Both the position numbers and the translations under genes were made by a program. The notes under the pieces were generated by a model that saw only the letters and a program-made list of their open reading frames with translations, had not been told where the DNA came from and did not search any database. Below are positions 28,683 to 39,691 of a stretch of DNA of 64,000 bases, piece by piece. Within the stretch, counting starts at the first letter, position 1. Each line of letters opens with the position of its first letter. This DNA is from Bacteroidales bacterium. GTDB taxonomy: Bacteria; Bacteroidota; Bacteroidia; Bacteroidales; UBA12481. Location: contig JAQUCP010000006.1 in the NCBI GenBank assembly GCA_028686135.1, forward strand, positions 43,721 through 107,720. The letters run 5' to 3'.

Positions 28683-31142
28683 TCATTCGATATTAATTGG
28701 GTCCTTGACTTTTTGTTTCATCAGGGCGAGGTCGAGGACTTCTTGAACCGTTCGTACATAACGGAATACCAGGCCTTTTAAGTATTTAGCCTTGATCTGA
28801 TCGATATCGTTTTTATTTTCTTCCGCGAGGATGATTTCCCGGATGGAGGCTCGTTTTGCTGCCAGGATTTTCTCTTTAATGCCACCCACGGGCAGGACTC
28901 GACCGCGGAGGGTGATCTCGCCGGTCATGGCAAGTTGTGATTTCACTTTCCGTTGGGTAAAGGCAGAGGCCAGGGAGGTGACCATGGTGATACCGGCAGA
29001 GGGACCATCTTTTGGGATCGCACCTTCAGGAACATGGATATGCACGTTCCACTTTTCGAACACATTTTCGGGGATCCCGAGTCGTCCGGCATGCGCTTTG
29101 AGGTATTCCAGGGCCAGGATGGCCGACTCTTTCATCACCTCTCCGAGATTTCCGGTGATAGTCAGATTTCCTTTGCCCTTGCTCAGGCTGGTCTCCACAT
29201 ACAGGATTTGTCCGCCGGTTTCGGTCCAGGCCAGGCCTGTCACCACTCCAGCGAACTCGTTCCCCTGGTATTCATCTTTGAGCACCTCAGGATATCCGAG
29301 ATACTCGCGCAGAGCTTCGGGTTGAATTTCCTGTGGAAGATCTTCGCCCATAGCGATCCGTTTGGTCAGCTGTCTGACCACCTTGGCAATCTTCTTGTCC
29401 AGTGCTCTGACCCCGGATTCGCGCGTATGTTTTTCAATGATATATTCGATGGACTCCTTCGGGAATACGAACTGGTCGGCAGCGAGCCCGTGCTCAATCA
29501 ACTGCTTGGGAACCAGATGCTTCTTAGCGATATCCACCTTTTCCTCCACCACATAGCCTGATATTTCGATCATCTCCATGCGGTCGCGCAGGGCAGCGCT
29601 GATGGAGGAGGGATTATTGGCTGTAGCGATGAAGAGCACTTTAGAGAGGTCGTACTCCATCTCCAGGAAGTTATCGTAGAAGGTGCTGTTCTGTTCCGGG
29701 TCGAGCAATTCGAGCAGGGCAGATGCCGGGTCTCCCCGGAAATCATTACCGACCTTATCGATCTCATCCAGCACAAAAACCGGATTTGAGGTGCCTGCCC
29801 GTTTGATATAGTGAACGATACGGCCGGGCATTGCTCCGATATAGGTTTTCCGGTGGCCGCGAATTTCTGATTCATCTTTAAGACCGCCGAGTGACATCCG
29901 TACATATTTCCGATTCAGAGCGCGGGCTACGGATTTCCCCAGGGAGGTTTTCCCCACGCCGGGAGGGCCGTACAGGCAGAGGATCGGAGCTTTCATGTCG
30001 CCCTTCAGTTTCAGGATGGCGAGGTGTTCCAGGATGCGTTCCTTCACTTGGTCGAGGCCTGAATGATCTTGATTCAGAATACGTTTAGCACGGCGCAAAT
30101 CAAAATTATCGATCGATACCTCATTCCAGGGAAGGTCGAGAAGCACTTCGAGGTAGTTGATCTGAACCGAATACTCAGCTGAGGCCGGATTGATCCGCTC
30201 CAGCTTTTCCACTTCGCGGATGAACATTTTCGCTGTTTCCTCCGACCAGTCCTTGGTTTCTCCCCGTTGGCGGATCTCCTCTACCTCCTGTTCGAACGGG
30301 CTACCACCCAATTCATCCTGAATGGTTTTAATTTGCTGATTCAGAAGATACTCTCGCTGTTGGGCATCAATCTCCAGCTTAACCTTATTTTGGATATCTT
30401 TCTTCAGTTTCTGTTTCTGGTACTCTAGTGACAGATGTTCCAGCAGGCGGATGCCACGATCCCGCAGATTATCCGTTTCGAGCATGGCTTGCTTCTCGGC
30501 GATACCCAGATCAGAATTAGAACAGAGATAGTTAATCAGGAAGCCTGCACCCTCAATATTTTTAATGGCAAAGCTAGCCTCCTGCGGCATACTGGAGGAA
30601 TATTGTACAATCTTGAGCGCCAGATCCTTGATAGTGCCAATGATCGCCTCAAACTCTTGCGTATTCTCCGTTGGTTTGATATCAGAGATAGGCTTGACAC
30701 TTGCTCTGAGGTAGGGTTCAGTAGCGGTGATCTCCTGAAGCTCGAACCTACGCTTACCATGAATGATGACCGATGTTGAATCATCCGGCATATTCAGGAT
30801 CTTAACAATCGTGGCCATGGTTCCAACCTGGTAGAGATCTTCGAATCCAGGATCTTCCACCGAGGTATCCTTTTGGGAAACCACCCCGATCTCCTTGTTG
30901 TGTTTGTAGGCCTCTTTAACCAGGCGAATCGACTTCTCACGGCCGACGGTGATGGGGATCACTACTCCAGGAAATAGAACGGTATTCCGTAGTGCAAGAA
31001 TCGGAAGTGTCTCCGGAATCTCAGCAACACTCAGCTCCTCCTCATTACCTTCTGAAATGAGGGGAACAAAATCGGTATCATCGTCTCCGAAATCAAAAAA
31101 TAAATTATTTCCCAACTTTTTTCCCACGATTAGAATCTGCAA
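28683..31142 (-). CDS. lon: ATP-dependent Lon protease
   Basis: 819 aa. It has the LON N-domain ([16 protein letters not shown]), Walker [10 protein letters not shown], and the protease motif [11 protein letters not shown] with the catalytic Ser. There is no in-frame ATG near the N-terminus, so the start must be TTG (31142), GTG (31127) or TTG (31115). Confidence 0.93.
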   Translation of the reverse strand: MQILIVGKKLGNNLFFDFGDDDTDFVPLISEGNEEELSVAEIPETLPILALRNTVLFPGVVIPITVGREKSIRLVKEAYKHNKEIGVVSQKDTSVEDPGFEDLYQVGTMATIVKILNMPDDSTSVIIHGKRRFELQEITATEPYLRASVKPISDIKPTENTQEFEAIIGTIKDLALKIVQYSSSMPQEASFAIKNIEGAGFLINYLCSNSDLGIAEKQAMLETDNLRDRGIRLLEHLSLEYQKQKLKKDIQNKVKLEIDAQQREYLLNQQIKTIQDELGGSPFEQEVEEIRQRGETKDWSEETAKMFIREVEKLERINPASAEYSVQINYLEVLLDLPWNEVSIDNFDLRRAKRILNQDHSGLDQVKERILEHLAILKLKGDMKAPILCLYGPPGVGKTSLGKSVARALNRKYVRMSLGGLKDESEIRGHRKTYIGAMPGRIVHYIKRAGTSNPVFVLDEIDKVGNDFRGDPASALLELLDPEQNSTFYDNFLEMEYDLSKVLFIATANNPSSISAALRDRMEMIEISGYVVEEKVDIAKKHLVPKQLIEHGLAADQFVFPKESIEYIIEKHTRESGVRALDKKIAKVVRQLTKRIAMGEDLPQEIQPEALREYLGYPEVLKDEYQGNEFAGVVTGLAWTETGGQILYVETSLSKGKGNLTITGNLGEVMKESAILALEYLKAHAGRLGIPENVFEKWNVHIHVPEGAIPKDGPSAGITMVTSLASAFTQRKVKSQLAMTGEITLRGRVLPVGGIKEKILAAKRASIREIILAEENKNDIDQIKAKYLKGLVFRYVRTVQEVLDLALMKQKVKDPINIE

Positions 31143-31165
31143 AAAAAAGCCCCGGTCGGGGGCTT
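31141..31165 (-). terminator. intrinsic terminator after rpmE
   Basis: The minus strand reads AAGCCCC-CGACC-GGGGCTT followed by T-run 31148-31141. The run overlaps the first possible lon start codon. Confidence 0.75.
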
Positions 31166-31184
31166 GGGGTTTGTATCGCTGTCG

Positions 31185-31451
31185 TTACTTCTTTTGTCGC
31201 TTTTCCATGTGCTTCTCAAGCCTGCGGTTGAACTTATCAACCCGACCTGCCGTATCAACCAGCTTCATCTTACCGGTGAAGAAGGGGTGCGACGTATTTG
31301 AGATCTCAATCTTGACCAGCGGATACTCCACACCATCAACCTCAATTTTCTCCCGGGTATTCACGGTTGAACGGGTGATGAAGGTGTAGTCATTGGATAA
31401 ATCCCTGAAAACCACCAATCTGTAATTCTTTGGATGAATGTCTTGTTTCAT
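31185..31451 (-). CDS. rpmE: 50S ribosomal protein L31, type B
   Basis: 88 aa, [29 protein letters not shown]...HPFFTGK. It lacks the CxxC zinc motif, which marks type B. Confidence 0.9.
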   Translation of the reverse strand: MKQDIHPKNYRLVVFRDLSNDYTFITRSTVNTREKIEVDGVEYPLVKIEISNTSHPFFTGKMKLVDTAGRVDKFNRRLEKHMEKRQKK

Positions 31452-31501
31452 GGCGCCTAACTTTTCTTATCAACCTCCCTCGATTTCTTCCGAAGGGGAT
31501 G

Positions 31502-31533
31502 CAAAGATAAGAACTTTTTTTAGCCTTACCAAA
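31502..31533 (-). promoter_or_regulatory. Bacteroidota-type promoter of rpmE
   Basis: On the minus strand, -33 TTTG (31533-31530), a 20-nt spacer, then -7 TATCTTTG (31509-31502). Confidence 0.55.
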
Positions 31534-31548
31534 AAGGATGATATGGTT

Positions 31549-32754
31549 TTACGACTCTTTTTTGATGGCTTCACGTCGCAGGGTACTATTCCCACCATCG
31601 TTGGTAAAACGGCTGAAAGGCACCGAGGGGTCGATCATATATCGGTAGGTGACATGCTTTTTGGCCTGAGTAGCGCCGATCTGTTCATAAACCTTACGCA
31701 TTCTGGGGTTATAGTCGCCCACCCAGGAGAGTTCAATCTCGTTGTACCAGGTCCGTTTTTTGGTGGCCTTAGCAAATTGAAGGAAAAGGGCGGCGATCAC
31801 GCCGGAGTTTTGATGTTCAGGAACGACACCGGCCAGCAGCACGCGGTTACGGGTGATGGTTTTCCCGCTTTTCAGCCACAGGAAGCGGAGAAGTTTCCAG
31901 AATGACATCCTTCCATCAAATTTAGCCAGCACCTGGTTAATATCGGGAAAGGTAACCACCATCGCGATAGGTTTATCATCTTTATAGGCGAACCAAATAA
32001 AATCTTCGATGATCACGGGCTTGGCGCTTTCGATGACAGATTCGAGGTCCTTGACAGTCATCGGTTCGAAGCCCTCCATATAATCTTCCCAGGTGGTATT
32101 GAAAATCTCAACAAGGTCGGCTATGTATTTAGCCGACTGTCTTTTACGGTAATGACGATAAGAGTATCCGGGCCGTGAGGCCAGGAATTCAGCAAACTTG
32201 ATCATCCGTTCCGGCCACGTCTTGGATAAGTCGATGTGATAGGAAAACTGCTGGAAATAATCCTTAAAACCATAGTTTTCAAACAGTTTCTGATAGTAGG
32301 ATTTATTATATGGCATGCCATAACCCTGCTTCATAAAACCTTCGACGAGAACCCCCCAGTACGAAAAGTTTTCGCCAAAATTGATACTACCATCCATTGC
32401 CTGCATCCCCCGCTCCTTCAGCCAATCGCGCCCCGTATCGAACAGCAGGTTCGCTGCTACCTGATCATCGATACACTCGAAGAAACCCACCCCACCCGCT
32501 TGAGGATCAGATTTACGGGCTTTTTTATAGTCAACAAAAGCGGCAATCCGACCAATGAGTTGACCCTGATCATCTTCCAACACCCATCGTTCAGCTTCTC
32601 CATCGGCGAAACAGCTATTTTTTGCCGGGTTAAAGATGTTTTCAACCTCCATATCCAGCGGAGCAATCCAGTTAGGATCATCCTGATAAATCACCCTACC
32701 AACATCATGAAAGATAGCGCTCCCTGTCTCCTTGGTGATAGGAATCAGCTTCAT
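31549..32754 (-). CDS. uncharacterised GNAT-fold acyltransferase-like protein
   Basis: 401 aa. Its size and sequence resemble a conserved Bacteroidota family usually annotated as GNAT N-acetyltransferase. I recognise no catalytic motif with confidence. Confidence 0.4.
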   Translation of the reverse strand: MKLIPITKETGSAIFHDVGRVIYQDDPNWIAPLDMEVENIFNPAKNSCFADGEAERWVLEDDQGQLIGRIAAFVDYKKARKSDPQAGGVGFFECIDDQVAANLLFDTGRDWLKERGMQAMDGSINFGENFSYWGVLVEGFMKQGYGMPYNKSYYQKLFENYGFKDYFQQFSYHIDLSKTWPERMIKFAEFLASRPGYSYRHYRKRQSAKYIADLVEIFNTTWEDYMEGFEPMTVKDLESVIESAKPVIIEDFIWFAYKDDKPIAMVVTFPDINQVLAKFDGRMSFWKLLRFLWLKSGKTITRNRVLLAGVVPEHQNSGVIAALFLQFAKATKKRTWYNEIELSWVGDYNPRMRKVYEQIGATQAKKHVTYRYMIDPSVPFSRFTNDGGNSTLRREAIKKES

Positions 32755-32887
32755 AATCTGCTATTTAAATGAAAAAAGAGTTCGGTTACATCCATCTCGA
32801 AAAGTGGGCATTTTTATGAAAACCACCAAATAGACCAATCAGGGGTTCTCTCCCTGGGAAAAAATCGGGGTACAAATCAGAAAAGCC

Positions 32888-32918
32888 TTTCTGATATGAG
32901 AGAAAATTTTTACATTTG
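32888..32918 (+). promoter_or_regulatory. promoter of tRNA-His
   Basis: -7 TACATTTG (32911-32918) is a perfect TAnnTTTG 13 nt before the tRNA 5' end. TTTC lies at the -33 position with a 19-nt spacer. Confidence 0.5.
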
Positions 32919-32931
32919 TGGCCGCTTATAC

Positions 32932-33006
32932 GGTGGATGTAGTTCAGTCGGTTAGAACGCTGGATTGTGGTTCCAGAGGTCGTGGGTTCGAGTCCCATCT
33001 TCCACC
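32932..33006 (+). tRNA. tRNA-His (anticodon GTG)
   Basis: Manual cloverleaf. The encoded G-1 (32932) pairs with C73 (33006). D arm is GTTC/GAAC. The anticodon stem CTGGA/TCCAG carries loop TTGTGGT, with GTG at 32967-32969. T arm is GTGGG-TTCGAGT-CCCAT. There is one U-U mismatch at 6:67, and the 3' CCA is not fully encoded. Confidence 0.88.
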
Positions 33007-33014
33007 CAGATTTT

Positions 33015-33042
33015 AATCCCTCCGAAAGGAAGGGATTTTTTT
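33015..33042 (+). terminator. intrinsic terminator after tRNA-His
   Basis: AATCCCTCC-GAAA-GGA(A)GGGATT, 9 bp with one bulge, followed by T-run 33038-33042. It ends immediately before the ATG at 33043. Confidence 0.65.
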
Positions 33043-33936
33043 ATGAAGCCATCACGAGCACTTATGTACGGCGGCATCACGCTCGCCATGATTTTCTGGG
33101 CTCTCTCATTCATCGGGTACAAGTTAGCCTATCGCTATTTTGGACCGATGGCACTGATCTTTTTCCGGTTGGTGATCGCCTCCCTCTTTTTATTCCTCCT
33201 GATTCGGCTGCTCCGGCTGAATGAGCCCATCCGGCGGGCCGACTGGGGTCGGTTTTTACTTCTGTCCCTGTTTGAACCACTGCTCTATTTTCTTGGAGAG
33301 AGTTATGGCATGACAATGGTGTCATCCACCACCGGAGCCGTCATTGTGAGCACCATACCCCTGATCACCCCACTGGCTGCCTGGCTACTCCTCGGAGAGA
33401 AGGTCAGCTGGTTGAAAGTTGGCGGAATTATCATCAGCTTTATCGGGGTGTGTCTGGTTCTGATTGAACCCGGATTCCGTGTCACCGCCCCGGTTCTGGG
33501 GATCGGATTAATGTTCCTGGCCGTCTTCTCCACCATCGGTTATTCCGTGATGATTGTCAAACTGACGGCTACCTATCGCCCAACAACGATTATCCTGATG
33601 CAGAGCTTGATAGGTTCTTTCTACTTCCTGCCGATCTTCATCCTGACCGACTTGCCAGAGACACTCGCTATGAGCTTCTCCTGGGGAGCACTGTTACCCC
33701 TCCTATTTCTGGGACTCTTCCCATCCACACTCTCCTTCATTTTCTTCACAAACGCTATCCGGGAAATTGGCATCACACGTGCCAACATCTTCACCAATTT
33801 CATCCCTGTATTCACCGCCATCTTCTCTTTCTTCATTCTCCACGAATCCTTTACCGTTACCAAAACGATCGGGATACCCGTGGTGTTGGCGGGGCTCATG
33901 ATCGCCCAGCTGAAGCTGAGAAAGAAATCGATCTGA
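33043..33936 (+). CDS. EamA/DMT family transporter
   Basis: 297 aa from ATG 33043; the track ORF start lies inside the tRNA. It has 10 TM segments and the two-EamA-repeat architecture. Confidence 0.75.
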   Translation: MKPSRALMYGGITLAMIFWALSFIGYKLAYRYFGPMALIFFRLVIASLFLFLLIRLLRLNEPIRRADWGRFLLLSLFEPLLYFLGESYGMTMVSSTTGAVIVSTIPLITPLAAWLLLGEKVSWLKVGGIIISFIGVCLVLIEPGFRVTAPVLGIGLMFLAVFSTIGYSVMIVKLTATYRPTTIILMQSLIGSFYFLPIFILTDLPETLAMSFSWGALLPLLFLGLFPSTLSFIFFTNAIREIGITRANIFTNFIPVFTAIFSFFILHESFTVTKTIGIPVVLAGLMIAQLKLRKKSI

Positions 33937-33972
33937 CCCGCCAATTATACGAATTAGCGAGGTCAATCCGTT

Positions 33973-35025
33973 TTGCCAGATAATATTGCTAATTTCCCGA
34001 CCGTGAAATCCGTGCTGGTTTTATTGCTGAGTCTGACGGCCATGCTCGTCTCCATCCCCGATGGGAAGGCGCAGAGCGGTGGGCATTTCGTGTACCAGGT
34101 ACTTAACCTGCCCCCATCGGCTCGCAGTGCCGCTCTGGGTGGATTTGTCATCGCCTCTCCCAATAGCGATGCCGCCTTGGCCTATCACAATCCTGCCCTG
34201 TTAAATAGCCAGATGCACAATCGAATCAGCCTAAACTATTCCAATTATCTGTCTGATATTCAGTATGGTTACCTGTCTTATGCGCGGGATCTGGGGAAGT
34301 GGGGTATGGCAGCAGCCGGATTGCAACATATTAATTATGGTCATTTTACGGAGGCCAATGAATTTGGTGACATCCTCGGATCCTTTTCAGCAGCCGAATA
34401 CTCCTTCAACCTATCCTATGCTTATCAGATCGATAGCCTCCTCACGGTTGGTGCCACCATCCGTCCCATCTATTCAGTGCTGGAGCGCTATGTTTCGTGG
34501 GGATTAACGACTGATCTGGGAATTCTGTACCACCGGCCCGAAAGCCGGCTATACCTATCACTAGTAGCCAGGAACCTGGGCTGGCAGCTCACCACTTATG
34601 CCACTCCTACGCGGGAACCACTGCCTTTTGAGGTGCTAGCCGGCATGAGCTATCAGCTCCGGCATGCCCCTTTTCGTCTCCATCTGACTGCCCGGAACCT
34701 CCAACAATATAACCTTCGGAGAATGATCAACGAGGCCCCAGCTGATGCCGGCTTTTTCGACAAAGCGGGCCTGCTGGCCACTACCAGCCTCAACCACCTC
34801 GCTGCCGCAGTAGAGTTCATCCCCGGAAACCTCATCGCCCTGCGCGTTGGATACAGCTTCCTCCGCGGATCAGAACTCGGGATGAGCGGCTACCGGGGTG
34901 CCACCGGATTCTCCTTCGGCGGAGGCGTTAACCTGGGTCGCATCGAAATCGACTACGCTCTCGCTAGCTATCATCCTGCTGCCATGAGCCATACAATCTC
35001 CCTCCGGATCGGAATGGGTAAATAA
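33973..35025 (+). CDS. porQ: PorQ-like T9SS outer-membrane beta-barrel protein
   Basis: About 340 aa. After the signal peptide comes [22 protein letters not shown]...AYHNPALL. The C-terminal half has alternating beta-strand patterns. It lies directly upstream of cmk, as I recall for porQ in other Bacteroidota. The start is uncertain: TTG 33973 or GTG 34003. Confidence 0.5.
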   Translation: MPDNIANFPTVKSVLVLLLSLTAMLVSIPDGKAQSGGHFVYQVLNLPPSARSAALGGFVIASPNSDAALAYHNPALLNSQMHNRISLNYSNYLSDIQYGYLSYARDLGKWGMAAAGLQHINYGHFTEANEFGDILGSFSAAEYSFNLSYAYQIDSLLTVGATIRPIYSVLERYVSWGLTTDLGILYHRPESRLYLSLVARNLGWQLTTYATPTREPLPFEVLAGMSYQLRHAPFRLHLTARNLQQYNLRRMINEAPADAGFFDKAGLLATTSLNHLAAAVEFIPGNLIALRVGYSFLRGSELGMSGYRGATGFSFGGGVNLGRIEIDYALASYHPAAMSHTISLRIGMGK

Positions 35026-35036
35026 CCTCAAAAAAA

Positions 35037-35744
35037 ATGACCCCCAAGAAAATCATCATCGCAATCGACGGAGTTTCCTCAAGCGGGAAAAGCACCGCAG
35101 CTAAAGATGTTGCCCGCGAACTAGGCTATACCTATATCGATTCCGGTGCCATGTACCGCGCCATAACCCTCTATTGCATCCGCGAAAACCTGATCCATCA
35201 AGGCCTAGTGGATGAGAAAACACTGAAAGATCGCATTCCGGATATTCGTATTGAATTTGTATTCAATGAGTTAACAAGTCGATCGGATACCTACCTTAAT
35301 GGAGAGAAGGTCGAAGATGAAATTCGGAATCCCGACGTGGCCGCACTGGTTAGCCCCGTGAGTAAAATCGGATTCGTCCGTGAAGCTATGGTAACCTTGC
35401 AAAGGGAGCTGGGCCAGGAAAAAGGAATTGTAATGGATGGACGGGATATCGGAACAGTCGTCTTTCCCGATGCTGAAGTGAAAATCTTCCTCACCGCCTC
35501 ACCGGAAGTGCGAGCCAAAAGACGTTACAAAGAGCTGAAAATCAAAGGATTAGATGTTAATTACGACGATATACTCAGCAATCTGCAGGAGCGCGACCGG
35601 ATCGATTCTACCCGGGAAATCAGCCCCCTGCGCAAAGCAGATGATGCCATCGAGCTGGATAATTCGGGGATGACACTGGAAGAACAGAAAGCCTTCATCC
35701 TGGAACAGGTCGAGGCCTGGAGGCAGCGAACTATTCAGCCATAG
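35037..35744 (+). CDS. cmk: cytidylate kinase
   Basis: 235 aa with [31 protein letters not shown] and [13 protein letters not shown]. Confidence 0.95.
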   Translation: MTPKKIIIAIDGVSSSGKSTAAKDVARELGYTYIDSGAMYRAITLYCIRENLIHQGLVDEKTLKDRIPDIRIEFVFNELTSRSDTYLNGEKVEDEIRNPDVAALVSPVSKIGFVREAMVTLQRELGQEKGIVMDGRDIGTVVFPDAEVKIFLTASPEVRAKRRYKELKIKGLDVNYDDILSNLQERDRIDSTREISPLRKADDAIELDNSGMTLEEQKAFILEQVEAWRQRTIQP

Positions 35745-37227
35745 CCTGCCCCTTTTCGAAATCAAAAAAGGTCTTTCTCATAATATCCGACAGCAGCAAC
35801 TTGTAATTGATGTAAGCATCCAGGCGTGTGTTGTAAGCATTATTGAGTCGCTCGCGTTCCAATGCCATCGATTGACTGTCGATTTCACCATTAGCATAGC
35901 GTTGGCGCGAAATTTCAAAACTTTTTTCCGCGACTGACACATTCTTTTCGAGCAGTTGAAGGCGACGTAGGCTGCTGTGAAGGCGATCCACCTGGGTCCG
36001 GATATCCCGTTCGATGGTGACCTGACTTTCCTGCATCTGTAACTTATTTCGCTTCAGTGTGGAGATAGCCGATTGAACCTTGGCCCTATTGGCACCCCAG
36101 TCAATGATTGGAATCGAAGCGGTGAGGCCAACGCCAAAACTCCCCGGACGGCTGGTCAGGTTTTGCCAGGTCTGGTCAAACGTGCCCCCAATGGGGATTG
36201 ACCGGGGGTCTTTCCCGACACCAATAAAATTGTAGTTCAGTTGGATATTGCCACTCGGCAAACCCTGTGCCCGTTGGCGCCTAACCGTCATCTCCTGAAT
36301 CTCAATAGCGATCTCATTTTCGCGTAATTCCGGACGGTTGCTCATGGCCAGTTTCACTGCCTTCTCCACATCCACCAAAACCGGCTGATAAGTCAGATCG
36401 CTGCTCACAACCACACTGTCGTGAAGGCTTATTCCAAGGTTCTGCTTGAAGGTTCTGACTTGCGCAGAGAAATCGACTATTGCCATATCATAATTGTTTG
36501 TAGCAGCACTCAGATCAACCTCCATCTGTAACGCCTCTACTTCCCGAATCAAGCCTGCCTTGTATTTGCTCTGAGCAATATCATAGGCTTCCTGCTGCTT
36601 CTCCAGACTTAGCCGGGCGATATTCATCCGCTCCTGAACAGAGAGAAGTGTGAAATAGTCCTGGCTTATTTCATAAACCAGGTTAAGTTCCTCACGCTTA
36701 AGCTGTTTCATCGACAACTCGTAAGCCAATTTCGCCTGATTCAGGTTCATTCGGTTATTGTTAAAGCCAAAAAATGCCTCAATTGGCTGGCGAAGTCCAA
36801 TGCTGGAGTTGATCTGGGTATTTCGATCATCAGCATAAAAGTCGACGAAACTCTGGGCACCACTTCGGATGTACAGGCTACCATCGGTTGGAAGCGGCTG
36901 ACTGATTGTAAAATAGCCTGCCAATTGGTTTTGCCTTACCGGATAAAACGAGATCCCAGTACTATCCTCCCACTGCTTGATTGTTTCGGTATATTGAGGG
37001 ACAGTCATGTCGAGGAAGACCTGTGTCCGGTTTTGGCTAACAGCTGCTTTGAGGTTATGCAACGCCACGTTGTGCCCCTGTTGCAACATCTGCATCCTAA
37101 TGCTCTTTTCCTTAGCCAGTAGGATGCTCGTTTCCAAGTCGAGCATATAGACCTCTTGTCCCATGGTTAGAGGGACCAATCCCAGAAGCAGGATGCTTAA
37201 AGCTAACAATCTGAAAATGTTTAACAT
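35731..37227 (-). CDS. TolC-family outer membrane efflux protein
   Basis: 498 aa with a signal peptide, duplicated coiled-coil/beta-barrel repeats and many Q/L/A-rich helices. It is the last gene of the efflux operon. Confidence 0.8.
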   Translation of the reverse strand: MLNIFRLLALSILLLGLVPLTMGQEVYMLDLETSILLAKEKSIRMQMLQQGHNVALHNLKAAVSQNRTQVFLDMTVPQYTETIKQWEDSTGISFYPVRQNQLAGYFTISQPLPTDGSLYIRSGAQSFVDFYADDRNTQINSSIGLRQPIEAFFGFNNNRMNLNQAKLAYELSMKQLKREELNLVYEISQDYFTLLSVQERMNIARLSLEKQQEAYDIAQSKYKAGLIREVEALQMEVDLSAATNNYDMAIVDFSAQVRTFKQNLGISLHDSVVVSSDLTYQPVLVDVEKAVKLAMSNRPELRENEIAIEIQEMTVRRQRAQGLPSGNIQLNYNFIGVGKDPRSIPIGGTFDQTWQNLTSRPGSFGVGLTASIPIIDWGANRAKVQSAISTLKRNKLQMQESQVTIERDIRTQVDRLHSSLRRLQLLEKNVSVAEKSFEISRQRYANGEIDSQSMALERERLNNAYNTRLDAYINYKLLLSDIMRKTFFDFEKGQAMAE

Positions 37228-37239
37228 AAGGTTGGATTT

Positions 37240-38478
37240 TTACTCATGACGAATCGATTCGATTGGCCGGAGGTTAGCTGCCTGTCTGGCCGGAAGGTAT
37301 CCGAAGGTAATCCCGACAACCACCGAAAAGGAGAACGCCATCAGTATGCTATAAAAGGTAATTGTAGTCTGCACATCTGTAGCCCAGGAGATGCCCAGGG
37401 ACAGTAAGATACCGAGCAGCACCCCGATAATTCCTCCGGCAATGCTCAAAACCACAGCTTCGGTAACGAACTGCACCATGATATGTCTTTTCTTTCCCCC
37501 AACTGCCCGGCGAATGCCGATCTCACGTGTTCGTTCCAGCACCGAGGCTAACATGATATTCATAATGCCGATTCCCCCGACTATCAAGGAGATAGCAGCG
37601 ATTGAAGCCAGCAAAAGGTTATAGATGCGTGTCTCTTTTTCCTCCTGTTTCATCAATTCGTAGGGAACGATGATGGAAAAGTCATCATTATTAAAATGGC
37701 GGCGGTTCAGCAGGCTGCGGATCACTTCGGTTGCCGGAAGCAGCTGGTCGGATTGCTCAAACCTGACCGTCAGCTGCTTTACTTCGCTTGCGAATGGATT
37801 TGTTCTGGGGATCCGCTGATTGAAGGTGGACAAGGGGATATAGATATCGCTATTCAGATCGCGCGAAGCCAACTCCCCGATTGTCTCAGTGAACAGGGCT
37901 TTCGACTGCATCACACCCACCACCTCGTACCACTGATCGTCCACTTTGATGCTTTGTCCTACCGGATCATCGTAACGGAAGAGCTCACGCGCGATCCCGG
38001 CACCTAGAACGCAGACCTTTAATTCCCTGTCATACTGATCCGAATTGATAAAAGCACCTTTCTCGGTCGGGTAGTTGAGAATCGAAACCACCTCCGGAGT
38101 TACCCCGATAACCGACGATTTCGCTGATCGGTCGCCATATCTGGCCTCTGCCTTATACTCACTCTGAGGGGAAATGCTCACCACTCCTGGCACAATGGAG
38201 GCAATGGCGTTCCCGTCTTCGACGGACAATCCCTTGGAGAATTTCATCCTGACCACCTCAAGCTCAGCATCGGTTAAATCCTTATCCCGAATGATGATGT
38301 TACTCACCCCAAGGTCCTGGTACTTAGCAATTGCCTGCTTTTTAGTCCCCTCCCCGATTGAAATCATGGCAATGACCGAGGCGGTGCCAAAAATGATACC
38401 GAGAATGGTCAGGAAAGACCTAAACTTGTGGTCTAACAACCCCATGACTGCCCGGTTTACATTATCTCTTACTTGCAT
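37240..38478 (-). CDS. MacB/FtsX-type ABC transporter permease (no nucleotide-binding domain)
   Basis: 412 aa. The order is N-terminal TM, a large periplasmic domain, then 3 C-terminal TMs. The FtsX-type motif is RTREIGIRRAVGGKKRHI. Confidence 0.85.
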   Translation of the reverse strand: MQVRDNVNRAVMGLLDHKFRSFLTILGIIFGTASVIAMISIGEGTKKQAIAKYQDLGVSNIIIRDKDLTDAELEVVRMKFSKGLSVEDGNAIASIVPGVVSISPQSEYKAEARYGDRSAKSSVIGVTPEVVSILNYPTEKGAFINSDQYDRELKVCVLGAGIARELFRYDDPVGQSIKVDDQWYEVVGVMQSKALFTETIGELASRDLNSDIYIPLSTFNQRIPRTNPFASEVKQLTVRFEQSDQLLPATEVIRSLLNRRHFNNDDFSIIVPYELMKQEEKETRIYNLLLASIAAISLIVGGIGIMNIMLASVLERTREIGIRRAVGGKKRHIMVQFVTEAVVLSIAGGIIGVLLGILLSLGISWATDVQTTITFYSILMAFSFSVVVGITFGYLPARQAANLRPIESIRHE

Positions 38479-38481
38479 AGC

Positions 38482-39681
38482 TTACCTGTTAATTGGATTC
38501 AGGATGGATTCGACTGGCTCCAGTGGATCGCCTGGTTCTACTCCACTATATATCAGTGTATTATGAGCATTCGAAGGGCCTACCTCGACCTTTGTTTTTT
38601 GGATTCTCCCTCGCTTATTCAGAAACACGTAACAGTTGTCGTTCTCCTTTAGCAGGCAGCTGTTCGGGATGAACAGGGCATTTTCTTTCTCCTCGATGAT
38701 GAATTCACAGCTGACCGTCATCCCGGGCTTTAGGCGGAGGTCCGATTCCACAATTTCGACCACCACTCTAAACACTTTCTCTTGTCCCTGAAGAACACAA
38801 ACCCTGGCGATTTCCGTGATCGCACCATGAAAAGCTATTTCAGGGAGGGCATCCAGCCTGACCAATACTTTCATCCCCATTGAAACTCCCGTGATGGCTG
38901 TTTCATGAACAGATGTCCTGACTTTCATATGGGTCACATCAGGGATTTTCGCGATCATCGAACCGGAATAGACCTCATCGCCCAATTTTAATGGTCTTTG
39001 TGGATAATAATGCGGGTTTGAGCCCGGCTGAAAAAGGCCATCTTTTGGGCTTGTAATGGACATCAGATTCAACACCTCCCGGGCTCCCTGTAGTTCAGCT
39101 TCGACCTGTTGTTCTTTGATTTTCTGAATCCGGAGATCATAATTATCCATTATCGGTTTCTGGGCAATTTGCCGTTTGATTTTCTCCATCCGGATGGTAG
39201 CTTGCTGAAATTCGAGTTCCTTGATCCGACGCTTGTTTTCCGTATCGAAGCGGCTGCGCTCCACCTCCAGCTTCTTTAAATCGTACATGGCCTGTTCGGT
39301 CTTCAGCTGTGCCTTCAGTTCCTGAACGTTACTCTCCATCTGGACCTCTTGCTTACGGCTAGCTGCACGCGCACTTTCAAGATCCTCCTCTCTGGATATG
39401 ATGAGCTTTTCGATTGAGGAAGGATCAATCCTGATGACGGTATCGCCTTTCTGCACCATCTGGCCCGTCTCAACCATGTCCATGATTTTGAAATCATAAC
39501 CATACTCCCAGCGAATCTGGGGCATCATGATGGCGACAGCGCTGATAGCATCCAACTCTCCTGACTCGATAAAGGATTGACGGAAAACCCCTTGCATCAC
39601 AGTGTGCTTCTCCTCCCGGCTTCCACAACCCGCCAATACCAGGATCATACATGCACCCATAAAGAGATTGCGTGTTTTCAT
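38482..39681 (-). CDS. HlyD-family periplasmic adaptor lipoprotein (paralog 1)
   Basis: Start at ATG 39681 (MKTRNLFMGACMILVLAGC, lipobox). It has a lipoyl-like hairpin, a long coiled coil and a beta-barrel (LKPGMTVSCEF). Confidence 0.8.
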   Translation of the reverse strand: MKTRNLFMGACMILVLAGCGSREEKHTVMQGVFRQSFIESGELDAISAVAIMMPQIRWEYGYDFKIMDMVETGQMVQKGDTVIRIDPSSIEKLIISREEDLESARAASRKQEVQMESNVQELKAQLKTEQAMYDLKKLEVERSRFDTENKRRIKELEFQQATIRMEKIKRQIAQKPIMDNYDLRIQKIKEQQVEAELQGAREVLNLMSITSPKDGLFQPGSNPHYYPQRPLKLGDEVYSGSMIAKIPDVTHMKVRTSVHETAITGVSMGMKVLVRLDALPEIAFHGAITEIARVCVLQGQEKVFRVVVEIVESDLRLKPGMTVSCEFIIEEKENALFIPNSCLLKENDNCYVFLNKRGRIQKTKVEVGPSNAHNTLIYSGVEPGDPLEPVESILNPINR

Positions 39682-39691
39682 GGTGTTCCTG

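Noticed and set aside
28831-29561. Long antisense ORFs inside lon (164 and 202 aa), and similar ones inside other genes (for example 32236-32772, 60045-60572, 22096-22572, 1700-2161, 12673-13116 and 16668-17081)
   Set aside because: They lie opposite well-supported genes. They have low-complexity or Arg/Ser/Pro-rich composition typical of shadow frames, and no recognisable motifs.
32932-33006. Functional link between tRNA-His and the his operon or its attenuator
   Set aside because: They are ~25 kb apart with unrelated genes between them. The co-occurrence in one window is most simply coincidence.
32786-33042. ORF 32786-32998 (-) and the 5' extension of ORF 32965-33936 (+)
   Set aside because: Both overlap the tRNA-His gene and its terminator. 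The transporter has a sensible ATG at 33043.
35731-35744. Convergent 3' overlaps (cmk/TolC, 14 nt; also yfcH-like/OM protein at 48448-48459, 12 nt) as regulatory antisense arrangements
   Set aside because: Short convergent stop-region overlaps are common in compact genomes. No additional structure was seen.
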